From positions 750,001-782,000 of the forward strand of contig NC_017080.1 in NCBI RefSeq assembly GCF_000284115.1: a DNA stretch of 32,000 nucleotides, read 5' to 3'. Positions within the stretch are counted from its first letter, which is position 1; every line of letters starts with the position of its first letter. Origin of the DNA: Phycisphaera mikurensis NBRC 102666 (lineage in GTDB: Bacteria > Planctomycetota > Phycisphaerae > Phycisphaerales > Phycisphaeraceae). Shown piece after piece: positions 10,017 to 18,722 of the stretch. The position numbers and the translations under genes were made by a program. The notes under the pieces were generated by a model. The model did no database searches. It saw nothing but the letters and a program-made list of their open reading frames with translations, and was not told the origin of the DNA.

Positions 10017-10145
10017 ACGCCGGTCGGCATTGCCCGCTTCCGCGGCTCCGGCCCCGCCGCGGCGGATTGCTGTAGGGTCGAAGCTCCTTCCGCGGCGGCC
10101 TCCCGAGGCCTCCGCCTCCTTCCCCCGGCTCCGGAGCACCCACCG

Positions 10146-10322
10146 ATGAACGAAACGTACGAACAGCTCAAGCAGCTCGTCTCCTCCATTGAGGACGACA
10201 TCCAGAAGGCCGGCCAGGGCAACCGAGCCGCCGGCACCCGCGTGCGCAAGGCGATGCAGGACGTCAAGAACCTCGCCCAGGACCTCCGCAAGAAGATCCT
10301 CGAGGACCGCGACAGCGACTGA
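10146..10322 (+). CDS. hc1: Histone H1-like nucleoid protein Hc1 family
   Basis: 58-aa ORF below the track cutoff: MNETYEQLKQLVSSIEDDIQKAGQGNRAAGTRVRKAMQDVKNLAQDLRKKILEDRDSD. The GNxAAGTRVRKxMQ core matches the Hc1 family. Confidence 0.75.
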   Translation: MNETYEQLKQLVSSIEDDIQKAGQGNRAAGTRVRKAMQDVKNLAQDLRKKILEDRDSD

Positions 10323-10395
10323 GCGGCGACGCTCGACGGACCCGCGAGGCGCCGGCGGGCTTCCCCCGGGCCGACTTGCCCGACACGTTTGGCCC

Positions 10396-10872
10396 ATGGC
10401 ACCTTCCGCTTTCATCGACTTCGAGACGCTCCGCGACGCGCCGGTCACCGCCGACGCGGCCGCAATCGAGGCGGTCAACCCCCATCGCGGCGCGATGCGC
10501 CTGCTGACGGCGGTGACCCACCGCGACGCCGAGGACGCCAGCCTGCTCGGGGCGTACTACGACGTGCCCACCGACGCTTTCTGGGTGCCCGGGCACATCC
10601 CGGGGCGCCCGATCTTCCCCGGCGTGCTGATGCTCGAGGCCGCCGCCCAGCTGTGCAGCTACAGCTGCATCACGCACTTCCCCGACATCGCCTTCATGGG
10701 CTTCGCCGGGGCGGACGCCATCAAGTTCCGCGGCCAGGTCTCCCCCGGCGACCGGCTCTACCTCGCCCTCCGGCAGGTGGAGCTGAAGAAGCGTCGGAGC
10801 ATCTGCGACGTCCAGGGCTTCATCGGGGGCAACCTCGTGTTCGAGTGCCGGATCAAGGGCATGCCGCTGTAG
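10396..10872 (+). CDS. Hotdog-fold 3-hydroxyacyl-ACP dehydratase (FabZ/FabA-like)
   Basis: ATG 10396 within track ORF 10189..10872. The active-site region reads WVPGHIPGRPIFPGVLMLEAAAQL. Confidence 0.7.
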   Translation: MAPSAFIDFETLRDAPVTADAAAIEAVNPHRGAMRLLTAVTHRDAEDASLLGAYYDVPTDAFWVPGHIPGRPIFPGVLMLEAAAQLCSYSCITHFPDIAFMGFAGADAIKFRGQVSPGDRLYLALRQVELKKRRSICDVQGFIGGNLVFECRIKGMPL

Positions 10873-10957
10873 ACCGCCTCCGGCGGGCTCCCGCCCAACG
10901 GGGCGACCGCGGCGTGGAGGAGCCGCCAGCCCGGGGGTCCGGGAGCGCGACCGGCCC

Positions 10958-13045
10958 TCAGCCCGTCGGCTCCGTCAGCGCCACCACGCCGAACGGCGGC
11001 AGCGTCCACGTCGCCGCCTCGCCCGACAGAAGGTCCCGCCGCGGGCCGAGGTCCGGCAGCCCGACCGGGCGCTCGGTGGGGTTCAGCAGGAACGTCACCG
11101 GGCCCCGCGGACCGACCCGCTGCACGGCCTCCACGCCGGCGGGCAGGCCGGGGAGGATCGGCCTCACGCCGGCGGCGTCGAGCAGCGGCGGGAGCAGCGC
11201 CCCGGCCGTCGTCGGCGTGAGCCAGCAGCCGGCGTAGACGACGCGGCCGGCGCCAACCCCGCGGCCCGTGACCGCCGGACGCCCGGCGAAGCCGTCGTCC
11301 GCGGCGTCTCCGGCGACCGCCGCCCAGCGGGCCAGCACCTCCGCGTTCTCCCCCGGCTCCAGCACCTCCGCCCACTGCTCCACGCGCACGCCCGCCTCGC
11401 CTTCCCGCTCGAGCACCAGCGGCCGCACCGAGGCGTCGTTGATCCGCCGGCTGTCCCGCACCGTCACCCCCGCGAGGTCGGCGAGGACCCCCGGCGGCGG
11501 CGAGGCGACCAGGTTGTTCTGCCGGTCCCGCGTCCCGGTCATGGCCCCGACGACCAGGTGCCCGCCGCCGCGCACCCACGCCTCCAGCGGCTCCACCCAC
11601 GACGGATCGAAGAGCGTGACGTGCGGCAGCAGGTACAGCTTCACGCCGGTGAGGTCGTCCGCGGGGTGGACGCTCCCGCTGGCGATCCCGCGGTCGAAGA
11701 GCACGCGGTTGGCGTGCGCGGCAACGGTCTCGGGCGGATCCAGGCCGAGCGAGCAGGCCCCGAAGCCGGCGTTGAGCGTGAAGTCGGCCCCCGCCGTCGC
11801 GGCGTCCACGCGCACGTGGCTCCCCCGGATCGCCGGAGCCAGCCGCTGCAGCTCGGCCCCCAGACCGGCCGCCTCGTCGTGCCGCCGGCTCGGCCGGTCG
11901 TCGGCGTCCAGCAGCCCCAGCCACGGCTGCTCGGCCCCGAAGCGGGCCGTCCGCCAGCGGAAGAACAGCAGCCCGTCGCAGCCGCGGGCGACCGCCCGCA
12001 GCGCGAACTGCCGCATCTCCCCCGGGGCCGGGGAGTCGAGCATGTAGCCGCCGCGCCCGCCCGAGCCGCTCTGCCCGCCGGCCCCGGACTGCTGCTCGGG
12101 CACGATGAAGTTGCCCGTCCAGCCGCGGACCCGGTCCAGCCGGGCGGCGTCGTTGGCGGGCCGGCGCCGCGGGTCGTTCCAGAACATCGGGTAGCTGTCG
12201 AAGCCCAGGAAGTCGAGGTCCTCGGCGAAGCGCCCGCGGTAGTCCAGGTCGGCGAAGACGCCGTTGTGCGTGATCCACCAGCGCGGGTTCGCCGCCCGCA
12301 GGATCTCCGCCTGGTCGCGCTGGAAGGTCGCGGTCGCGTCGGAGAGGTACGCGAGGTGGTCCAGCCGGTGCGCCGGGTTCGAGTGCGTCGGCGCCTCGGG
12401 CTTGGGCGTGAGCAGCTGGTCGAAGCCGCCGTACTCCTGGCTCCAGAAGGCGGTGCCCCAGGCCCGGTTGAGGGCGTCGATGTCGCCGCCGAATTTCTTC
12501 TCGCACCACGCCGCGAAGCCGAGCCGCGCCGCCTTGGAGTGGTCGTCGTGGAAGTGGCAGTGGAACTCGTTGTCGGTCTGCCAGCCGACCACGTGCGGGT
12601 TCGTGGCGTAGTGCTCGGCCATCGCGGCGGTGATCCGGCGGCTCGCCTCGCGGTACGCCGGGTGGGCCGCGGAGACGTGCTGGCGCGAGCCGTGCGAGAG
12701 CGACCGGCCGCGGCCGTCGACGCGGAGGCTGTCGGGGTGGGCGGCCGTGAACCACCGCGGCGGGGCGGCCGTGGGCGTGCACAGCATCGACTTGACGCCC
12801 CGCTCCGCGAGCGCGTCGATGACGCGATCGAAGAGCGAGAAGTCGAAGCGGCCCGGCTCGGGCTCCATCCGCGTCCACGCGAACTCCGCCATGCGGGCGA
12901 GGTTGAAGCCCGCCGCCGCCATCCGCTCGGCGTCCCGCGCCCAGAACCATTCGGGGCAGTGCTCGGGGTAGTAGCAGCAGCCGTAGGGGAACCACGACAA
13001 CCCCGTGGGCCGGCGGTGCGAGGGCGCGGGGCGGTGGCCAGGCAT
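10958..13045 (-). CDS. Glycoside hydrolase family 42 beta-galactosidase
   Basis: 695 aa. YYPEHCPEWFWARDAERMAAAGFN and VVGWQTDNEF (acid/base Glu context) are typical of the GH42 TIM barrel, with trimerisation-like C-terminal domains. Confidence 0.8.
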   Translation of the reverse strand: MPGHRPAPSHRRPTGLSWFPYGCCYYPEHCPEWFWARDAERMAAAGFNLARMAEFAWTRMEPEPGRFDFSLFDRVIDALAERGVKSMLCTPTAAPPRWFTAAHPDSLRVDGRGRSLSHGSRQHVSAAHPAYREASRRITAAMAEHYATNPHVVGWQTDNEFHCHFHDDHSKAARLGFAAWCEKKFGGDIDALNRAWGTAFWSQEYGGFDQLLTPKPEAPTHSNPAHRLDHLAYLSDATATFQRDQAEILRAANPRWWITHNGVFADLDYRGRFAEDLDFLGFDSYPMFWNDPRRRPANDAARLDRVRGWTGNFIVPEQQSGAGGQSGSGGRGGYMLDSPAPGEMRQFALRAVARGCDGLLFFRWRTARFGAEQPWLGLLDADDRPSRRHDEAAGLGAELQRLAPAIRGSHVRVDAATAGADFTLNAGFGACSLGLDPPETVAAHANRVLFDRGIASGSVHPADDLTGVKLYLLPHVTLFDPSWVEPLEAWVRGGGHLVVGAMTGTRDRQNNLVASPPPGVLADLAGVTVRDSRRINDASVRPLVLEREGEAGVRVEQWAEVLEPGENAEVLARWAAVAGDAADDGFAGRPAVTGRGVGAGRVVYAGCWLTPTTAGALLPPLLDAAGVRPILPGLPAGVEAVQRVGPRGPVTFLLNPTERPVGLPDLGPRRDLLSGEAATWTLPPFGVVALTEPTG

Positions 13046-13152
13046 GGCGAAAACCTACGGGCTGAGAGTCGTTGCCCCCATCACGGCCTCCCGGTGCTTG
13101 TCCAGGCCGTGCCGCAGGCGTCCGGCTTCGGCGGCGTGGTAGCGTTCCGGTC

Positions 13153-14349
13153 ATGCCTCAGCCCCTCCAAATCGCCCTTCTCGGCTCCAAGTTCATGGGC
13201 CGCACGCACTCCAACGCGTACCTGAACGTCGCGAAGTTCTTCAAGCTCCCGCTGGAGCCGGAGATGCACACGATCTGCGCCCGCGACGCGGAGGACCTCG
13301 CCGTGTTCGGCCCCCGCTGGGGCTGGGCCGGCTTCTCCACCGATTGGAAGAGCGTCGTCGACAACCCCGACGTCGGCCTCGTCGACGTCGCCACGCCCAA
13401 CCACGTCCACAAAGAGCAGGCGATCGCCGCGCTCGAAGCCGGCAAGCACGTCGCCTGCGAGAAGCCGCTCGCCGGCACGCTGGACGAGGCCCGCGCGATG
13501 AAGGACGCCGCGGCCGCCCGGCCCGACCAGCACACCTTCGTCTGGTTCAACTACCGCCGCTGCCCGGCGATCGCCTACGCCCGCCAGCTCGTGAAGGAGG
13601 GCCGCCTCGGCCGGCTCTTCCACGTCCGGGCGGCGTACCTGCAGGACTGGGGCGGCCCCGACACCCCGCTGCTCTGGCGCTTCCAGGGCGACCAGGCCGG
13701 CTCGGGCGCCCACGGCGACCTCAACGCCCACTCCATCGACATGGCCCGCTTCGTCACCGGCGAGGAGTTCACCGACGTGATCGGCGCGGTCAACGAGACC
13801 TTCATCGAGGAGCGGGAGATCGTCGATTCGGCCGGCGGCGAGATCTCCGGCCGGGGGGCGGGCGGTGGCGGCGACAAGCGCATGGGGAAGGTCACCGTCG
13901 ACGACGCCGTTCTCTTCCTCGCCCGTCTCTCCGGCGGGGCGGTCGCCAGCTTCGAGGCCACGCGTCTGTCCACCGGCGACAAGAACCGCAACCGCATCGA
14001 GATCCACGGCGAGAAGGGCGCCATCCGCTTCGACTTCGAGCGGATGAACGAGCTGGAGTGGTACGACGCCACGCTGCCCGGGGCCGAGCAGGGCTGGTCG
14101 ACCATCAACGTCACCCGCGGCGGCGACGGCCACCCCTACGCCGCCGCGTGGTGGCCCGACGCCCACATCATCGGCTACGAGCACGGCTTCGTGAACCAGG
14201 CCGCCGACATGATCAAGGTGCTCGGCGGTGAGGAGCCCGAGGCGCCGATCCCCGACTTCGCCGACGCCTGGGAGACCCAGCGGGTGCTGGAGGCCGCCCT
14301 CCGGTGCGCCGACAAGCGTGCTCCCGTGTCGATCGCCGACGTCACCTGA
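13153..14349 (+). CDS. Gfo/Idh/MocA-family NAD(P)-dependent oxidoreductase
   Basis: ATG 13153 (MPQPLQIALLGSKFMGRTHSNAY). Rossmann N-terminus with the EKP motif (ACEKPLA). The C-terminal dimerisation domain is typical of the family. Confidence 0.8.
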   Translation: MPQPLQIALLGSKFMGRTHSNAYLNVAKFFKLPLEPEMHTICARDAEDLAVFGPRWGWAGFSTDWKSVVDNPDVGLVDVATPNHVHKEQAIAALEAGKHVACEKPLAGTLDEARAMKDAAAARPDQHTFVWFNYRRCPAIAYARQLVKEGRLGRLFHVRAAYLQDWGGPDTPLLWRFQGDQAGSGAHGDLNAHSIDMARFVTGEEFTDVIGAVNETFIEEREIVDSAGGEISGRGAGGGGDKRMGKVTVDDAVLFLARLSGGAVASFEATRLSTGDKNRNRIEIHGEKGAIRFDFERMNELEWYDATLPGAEQGWSTINVTRGGDGHPYAAAWWPDAHIIGYEHGFVNQAADMIKVLGGEEPEAPIPDFADAWETQRVLEAALRCADKRAPVSIADVT

Positions 14350-14438
14350 CGCGGCGGCCGCGGCCGGATTGACAGCCGCCGCGTACGCTCTACAGTCTCG
14401 CTCCGCACGCAAGCGCGGCCCCTGATCCCACGATCGTC

Positions 14439-14512
14439 GGGGGTGTAGCTCAATTGGTTAGAGCATCGGACTGTCGATCCGAAGGTTGCGGGTTCGAGCC
14501 CCGTCACCCTCG
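14439..14512 (+). tRNA. tRNA-Asp (anticodon GTC)
   Basis: Hand-folded cloverleaf. Acceptor GGGGGTG/CACCCTC with discriminator G. D arm GCTC-AATTGGTTA-GAGC. Anticodon arm TCGGA-CTGTCGA-TCCGA (GTC). T arm GCGGG-TTCGAGC-CCCGT. No encoded CCA. Confidence 0.9.
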
Positions 14513-14828
14513 CTTGCTGAAACGCGAACACGAACGGGACCGCCGGCGAAGCCGCGGCTTGTTCTGCGGGGTGCGGCTCCGCGGGTGAGGGGGCTCGGGT
14601 GCCGACCCGCCTCTGCTTTTCATGGCAGGGCTTGGGGCTGGCGGCAGGCGCAGAGAGGCGAACAGGGCACGGAGGCGCCACCCCCGGCCGCGAAAGCTGC
14701 GTGGCGACGCCACGCTGTCCGCACCGCAAGACGGCCGAGAACGCGGAGGCGTTCCGCGGCTCAGCCAGCACGGTGTCGGAGTGCCGCTCCCGCGGCCAGC
14801 GATCTTCCACAGGCCGCCCCCGGCCGCT

Positions 14829-16142
14829 TCAGACCCCCGCCGCCTCCCGCACGGCCAGCATGGTGTACGGCCCCTCGGGGATCACGGCGACCCGGCCGCC
14901 GGGGTTCGCCTCCACCCAGCCGTCGACGAAGGCCTGCGCCCGCGCGACCGCGTCGCCCGCCCCCGGGCAGGGCGTCGTCGCGATCTTCCGCTGCGTCGCC
15001 GCGTCCAGGCCGTCGTTGGCGAGCACCAGGCCGCCGATGCCGATCCGCGAGAGCACGCGCGTCTGCATCTGGTACTCCCACTGGTCCTTGTCGGTCACGC
15101 CGCTGGTCTCGATGTGCTCGAGGAAGGCCCGCCATTCCGGGCCGAAGCGCTCGTACAGCGCCTCGTACGCCGGCTCGCCCACCTCGTCGCAGGCGGAGAG
15201 CACCAGCAGCGTCGAGCCCTCGCCCAGCGCCGGCAGCGCCGTGCACATGCTCTTGACCGTCTGGTAGAAGTTCTTGTCCAGCGGGTAGCCGCCGGCGGAG
15301 GTGACGACCAGGCCGAAAGGCGCGTCGACCGCCGCCGAGGTCCAACCGGCAACGTCGGCGCAGCCGGCGCGGAAGGCCTCCGTCAGCTCGCCGGCGTAGA
15401 CCCCCGCGACCTCGCGGCCGTGCGTGATCGCCACGTTCAGCAGGAACTCGGGCGCCACGATGCCCGCGACCTCCGTCGCGATCTCGTGGCAGGGGTTGCC
15501 GTCGAGCCGGCCCTCCACGCTGTTGGGGTCGCCCATCGTGCCCACGCCGTGGAAGCGTTGCACCGTGTCCAGGTCGACCAGCCCCGGGCACACGCCCTTG
15601 CGGCCGCCCGAGAAGCCCGCCATGAAGTGCGGCTCGATCAGCCCGGTGACGATGCGGAAGTCGGCGTCGAGGAAGCGCTCGCACACGCTCACCGGCGGGT
15701 CCTCGCTCACCCGGCGGACGCTGCCGGCCACGTGCGCCGTGTGGTCGATCACCTCCAGCCGGGCGGGCAGCGTGTCGCCGAGCATCGTCCGCCGCTCCTC
15801 GGGCGTGCTCTCGCGGTGCATGCCGGTGGCGACGATCACCACCACCGCCGACTCGGGCACCGGCGGCTCCGCCGCGGCGAGCTCGCCGAGCACCGCCTCG
15901 ATCAGGAGCTCGTTGGGCACGGGCCGCGTGATGTCGCTGATCGAGATCGCCACCGTCCGGGGCTTCGCCTCGCTCACCCGCGACCGCAGCGACGCGCAGC
16001 CGATCGGCTCCCGCAGCGCCGCCCGCACCGCCGCGGCCGGATCCGGCAGCGCCGGGATCTCCGGGCCGCTGAGCACGCGGGCGTCGTCGGGGAGGCGGAG
16101 CGAAGCGTGCGATCGGCCGTAGCGGAGGGAGACGTGAGCCAT
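14829..16142 (-). CDS. larA: LarA-like nickel-dependent (lactate) racemase family protein (DUF2088)
   Basis: ATG 16142 (MAHVSLRYGRS...) within track ORF 14829..16364. The motifs IVATGMHR, EPHFMAGFSGGRKGVCPG and GNPCHE are typical of the LarA N-terminal domain. Confidence 0.75.
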   Translation of the reverse strand: MAHVSLRYGRSHASLRLPDDARVLSGPEIPALPDPAAAVRAALREPIGCASLRSRVSEAKPRTVAISISDITRPVPNELLIEAVLGELAAAEPPVPESAVVVIVATGMHRESTPEERRTMLGDTLPARLEVIDHTAHVAGSVRRVSEDPPVSVCERFLDADFRIVTGLIEPHFMAGFSGGRKGVCPGLVDLDTVQRFHGVGTMGDPNSVEGRLDGNPCHEIATEVAGIVAPEFLLNVAITHGREVAGVYAGELTEAFRAGCADVAGWTSAAVDAPFGLVVTSAGGYPLDKNFYQTVKSMCTALPALGEGSTLLVLSACDEVGEPAYEALYERFGPEWRAFLEHIETSGVTDKDQWEYQMQTRVLSRIGIGGLVLANDGLDAATQRKIATTPCPGAGDAVARAQAFVDGWVEANPGGRVAVIPEGPYTMLAVREAAGV

Positions 16143-16499
16143 GACCGAGCGTAAGGGTGGGCGATGCGCCGCCCGGGGCCCGCCGCGGACCGCGACGCGA
16201 GACGGCTCCTCCGGCCCGCGGTCCGCGGCGCGCGGCCGGCGATCCGCGGCCGGCGGCCCCGCTCGACGCGTCGCGCGACGCGGGCGGGCGCCCGCCAACC
16301 TTGCGCGAAAGCGGGAGGAACCCGCCGTTTTCCGCAGAGACAGCCCGCCGCAGCCGCGGCACATTGCTCAGGCGTCACCGGCCCGCGCCTCCAGCGGGCA
16401 CGCGTGCCGCGTCTCTCTCAGCGTGGATCCCGTCTTCCCCACGCGACTCCTTCTCCCCCACCGGCTGCGTTCGCGGCCGGCCCTTTTCAAGGAAACGCC

Positions 16500-18515
16500 A
16501 TGGACGTTCGTCTCTTCGCGCGGTCGCTCCCGCCAAGGCTCCTCCGCCTCGCGCTTGTCCTTCTGCTCCCCGCCGGCCTCGCCGCCGCGGAGACCCTCAC
16601 CGTCAGCGACGTGAACCGCCAGAAGGTGGAAGGCTGGGGCGTCTTCGCCTTCGGCCACACCGGCGTGTGGGGCACCGACGGCGGCACGTTCCCCTTCGAG
16701 TTCGACAACCGCCCGGCGGTGCTCGACGCGGTCTTCCGCGACATGGGCGTCACGCACCTGCGGGTGCAGATCAGCGCCCTCGGGCACGACAGCCGCAAGC
16801 CCGGCTGGCTTGCGACCTACGACCACGACGGCAACGCCGCGACCGCCGAGGTGCCGAGGCTCAAGGAGATCGCCGACCTGATCAAGGCGGCGCGCACCCG
16901 CAACCCCAACCTCAAGTGGTACGTCAGCGTCTGGAGCCCGCCGGGCTCGATGAAGACGCCCGAGAACCTCTTCAACAACATCTTCAGCCACGTGTACGAC
17001 CCCGCCCGCGGCGGCATGGTCTCCACGGGGATCCGCCCCGCCTCCAACCGCACCTTCGCGCAGTGGATCGTCAAGGCGCTGCAGTACCTCGAGGGCCAGG
17101 GCGCAGGCAAGCCCGTCGCCGTGAGCCCCTTCAACGAGCCGCGCCACCTCGTCGGCTACGAGGGCGTGGGCGTCATCGACGCCCAGCAGGTGAAGACGAT
17201 CGTCAACTTCTTCCGCTCCGAGTTCAACGCCGCGGGCTTCAGCGCCACGCGGGTCATCGCCCCCGAGGGCAACCACTACGACGCCACGACCAGCCTCACG
17301 GGCGACTGGAGCAGCGGGTACCTCTGGCTCTTCAACAACGACAGCGCCGGCCAGCCCAACATCCACACCTCCGCCATCGTCGGCACGCACTCCTACGACA
17401 GCTGGGCCAGCGATCAGACGCTGCAGAAGATGTTCGACCGCTACCGCGGGGCGCAGAACTCCACCCGCAGCCGCAGCCAGTGGATGACCGAGTGGAGCGC
17501 CGACGCCAACGACCAGTACAGCGACTTCGACCCGAACCGCCCGCTCTCGGAGCTCACCGGGCGCCCGGAGATGGACGTCGCGATCACCACCGCGCGCCAC
17601 CTGCTCCGCGAGATGATGCAGTTCAACTTCAACCTCTGGACGCAGTGGAACGTCTTCGACCGGCAGAGCAACGCCTGGAGCGGCGACGAGGTGCTCTACG
17701 GCTTCGTCCGGCAGAACAGCAACGACGCCCCGAAGAAGAGCAAGATCTACCACGTGCTCTCGAGCATCTGGAGCCGCGTCCCGGCCGGCTCGCACGTCCG
17801 CACCGTCCGCAACGACGCCGGCACCGGGAGCTTCTTCAACACCGAAGCCCGGCCCGTCGGCAACGGCGAGCGCGGCGTCGACGTCGGCGCCTTCCGCCGG
17901 CCCGACGGCCGGGTGGTGATGGTCGTCGTCAACGACGAGACCCGCGGCCGCAGCGTGAACCTCGCCGGCCTTAACGCCGGACCCGCCGACGTGTACGTCA
18001 CCGACGGCGGCCGCAACAACGTGAAGGCCGGCTCGATCACCGTCGACGCGGTCGGCCGAGCCAACCACTGGTTCGGCGCCCGCAGCGTCACCGTGATCCA
18101 CTGCCTCGGCGGCGGCGGCGGCGCCCGGCCGAACCTGGTCGCCAACGCCGGCTTCGAGTCCGGCCAACTCCATCCCTGGCGGGGCTACGGCAGCGGGACC
18201 CGCCTGCAGGACTGGGGCACCCACACCGGCAGGCGTGCCGCCCGCCTGGGCAACAGCAGCACCAACGGCATCTGGACGGTCGTCAACGGGCTCGTCCCGG
18301 GCACGACCTACCGCATGACCGCCTGGATCCGCGGCAACGCCGTGATGAAGGCCACCGGCTGGGGCGGCGTCGAGCAGCTCTCCAACAGCGGCACCCGCTA
18401 CAACCAGAAGAGCTTGACCTTCACCACCGGCCCCGGCGTGACCTCCGCCCGCCTGGACTTCTGGAGCGGCGGCGGCGACGTCCGCATCGACGACGTCGAG
18501 CTGCGCCGGGAGTAG
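16500..18515 (+). CDS. Secreted clan GH-A glycoside hydrolase (GH30-like) with a C-terminal CBM4/9-type carbohydrate-binding module
   Basis: ATG 16500 followed by a signal peptide (MDVRLFARSLPPRLLRLALVLLLPAGLAAAE). FNEP acid/base-like motif and WMTEW nucleophile-like motif. The C-terminal NLVANAGFESGQLHPW...RIDDVEL is CBM_4_9-like. Confidence 0.6.
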   Translation: MDVRLFARSLPPRLLRLALVLLLPAGLAAAETLTVSDVNRQKVEGWGVFAFGHTGVWGTDGGTFPFEFDNRPAVLDAVFRDMGVTHLRVQISALGHDSRKPGWLATYDHDGNAATAEVPRLKEIADLIKAARTRNPNLKWYVSVWSPPGSMKTPENLFNNIFSHVYDPARGGMVSTGIRPASNRTFAQWIVKALQYLEGQGAGKPVAVSPFNEPRHLVGYEGVGVIDAQQVKTIVNFFRSEFNAAGFSATRVIAPEGNHYDATTSLTGDWSSGYLWLFNNDSAGQPNIHTSAIVGTHSYDSWASDQTLQKMFDRYRGAQNSTRSRSQWMTEWSADANDQYSDFDPNRPLSELTGRPEMDVAITTARHLLREMMQFNFNLWTQWNVFDRQSNAWSGDEVLYGFVRQNSNDAPKKSKIYHVLSSIWSRVPAGSHVRTVRNDAGTGSFFNTEARPVGNGERGVDVGAFRRPDGRVVMVVVNDETRGRSVNLAGLNAGPADVYVTDGGRNNVKAGSITVDAVGRANHWFGARSVTVIHCLGGGGGARPNLVANAGFESGQLHPWRGYGSGTRLQDWGTHTGRRAARLGNSSTNGIWTVVNGLVPGTTYRMTAWIRGNAVMKATGWGGVEQLSNSGTRYNQKSLTFTTGPGVTSARLDFWSGGGDVRIDDVELRRE

Positions 18516-18652
18516 GCGGCGGCGAAGGCGTCGACACCCTCCGCTCCCCAGTCCAATCCTGCCTCACGTGGTGCCGGCCTCACGCAAGCTGACCAGGCGA
18601 CCTCACGCCTTCAGATGCGGACCTCAAGCCCGAGGCCGCCCCCCAAACCAGT

Positions 18653-18670
18653 GCCGACCCCAGGGTCGGC
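18653..18670. terminator. GC-rich hairpin between the hydrolase gene and the distal end of the CRISPR array (possible bidirectional terminator)
   Basis: GCCGACC-CCAG-GGTCGGC, a 7-bp stem. It is followed by TTCGGG on the plus strand and by ACTGGTTTGG on the minus strand. No strong U-tract. Confidence 0.3.
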
Positions 18671-18722
18671 TTCGGGCGCGGCCGAGATCGAGGCCGAAAT
18701 CGGCGAAATCGGTGGCTGTCAC

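Noticed and set aside
14513-14828. The tRNA-Asp 3' flank as a possible genomic-island integration site. It includes a 17-bp perfect palindrome, GCGTGGCGACGCCACGC, at 14699-14715
   Set aside because: No integrase gene and no direct repeat of the tRNA 3' end seen by eye elsewhere in the window. The downstream genes (larA, hydrolase) look compositionally native. The palindrome alone is weak in this GC context.
18541-18722. Recurrent CCTCACG motifs (three copies) and a tandem CGAAATCGG pair next to the distal end of the array
   Set aside because: Short, irregularly spaced and with no similarity to the CRISPR repeat. Probably decayed array or intergenic sequence, and there is not enough evidence for a functional call.
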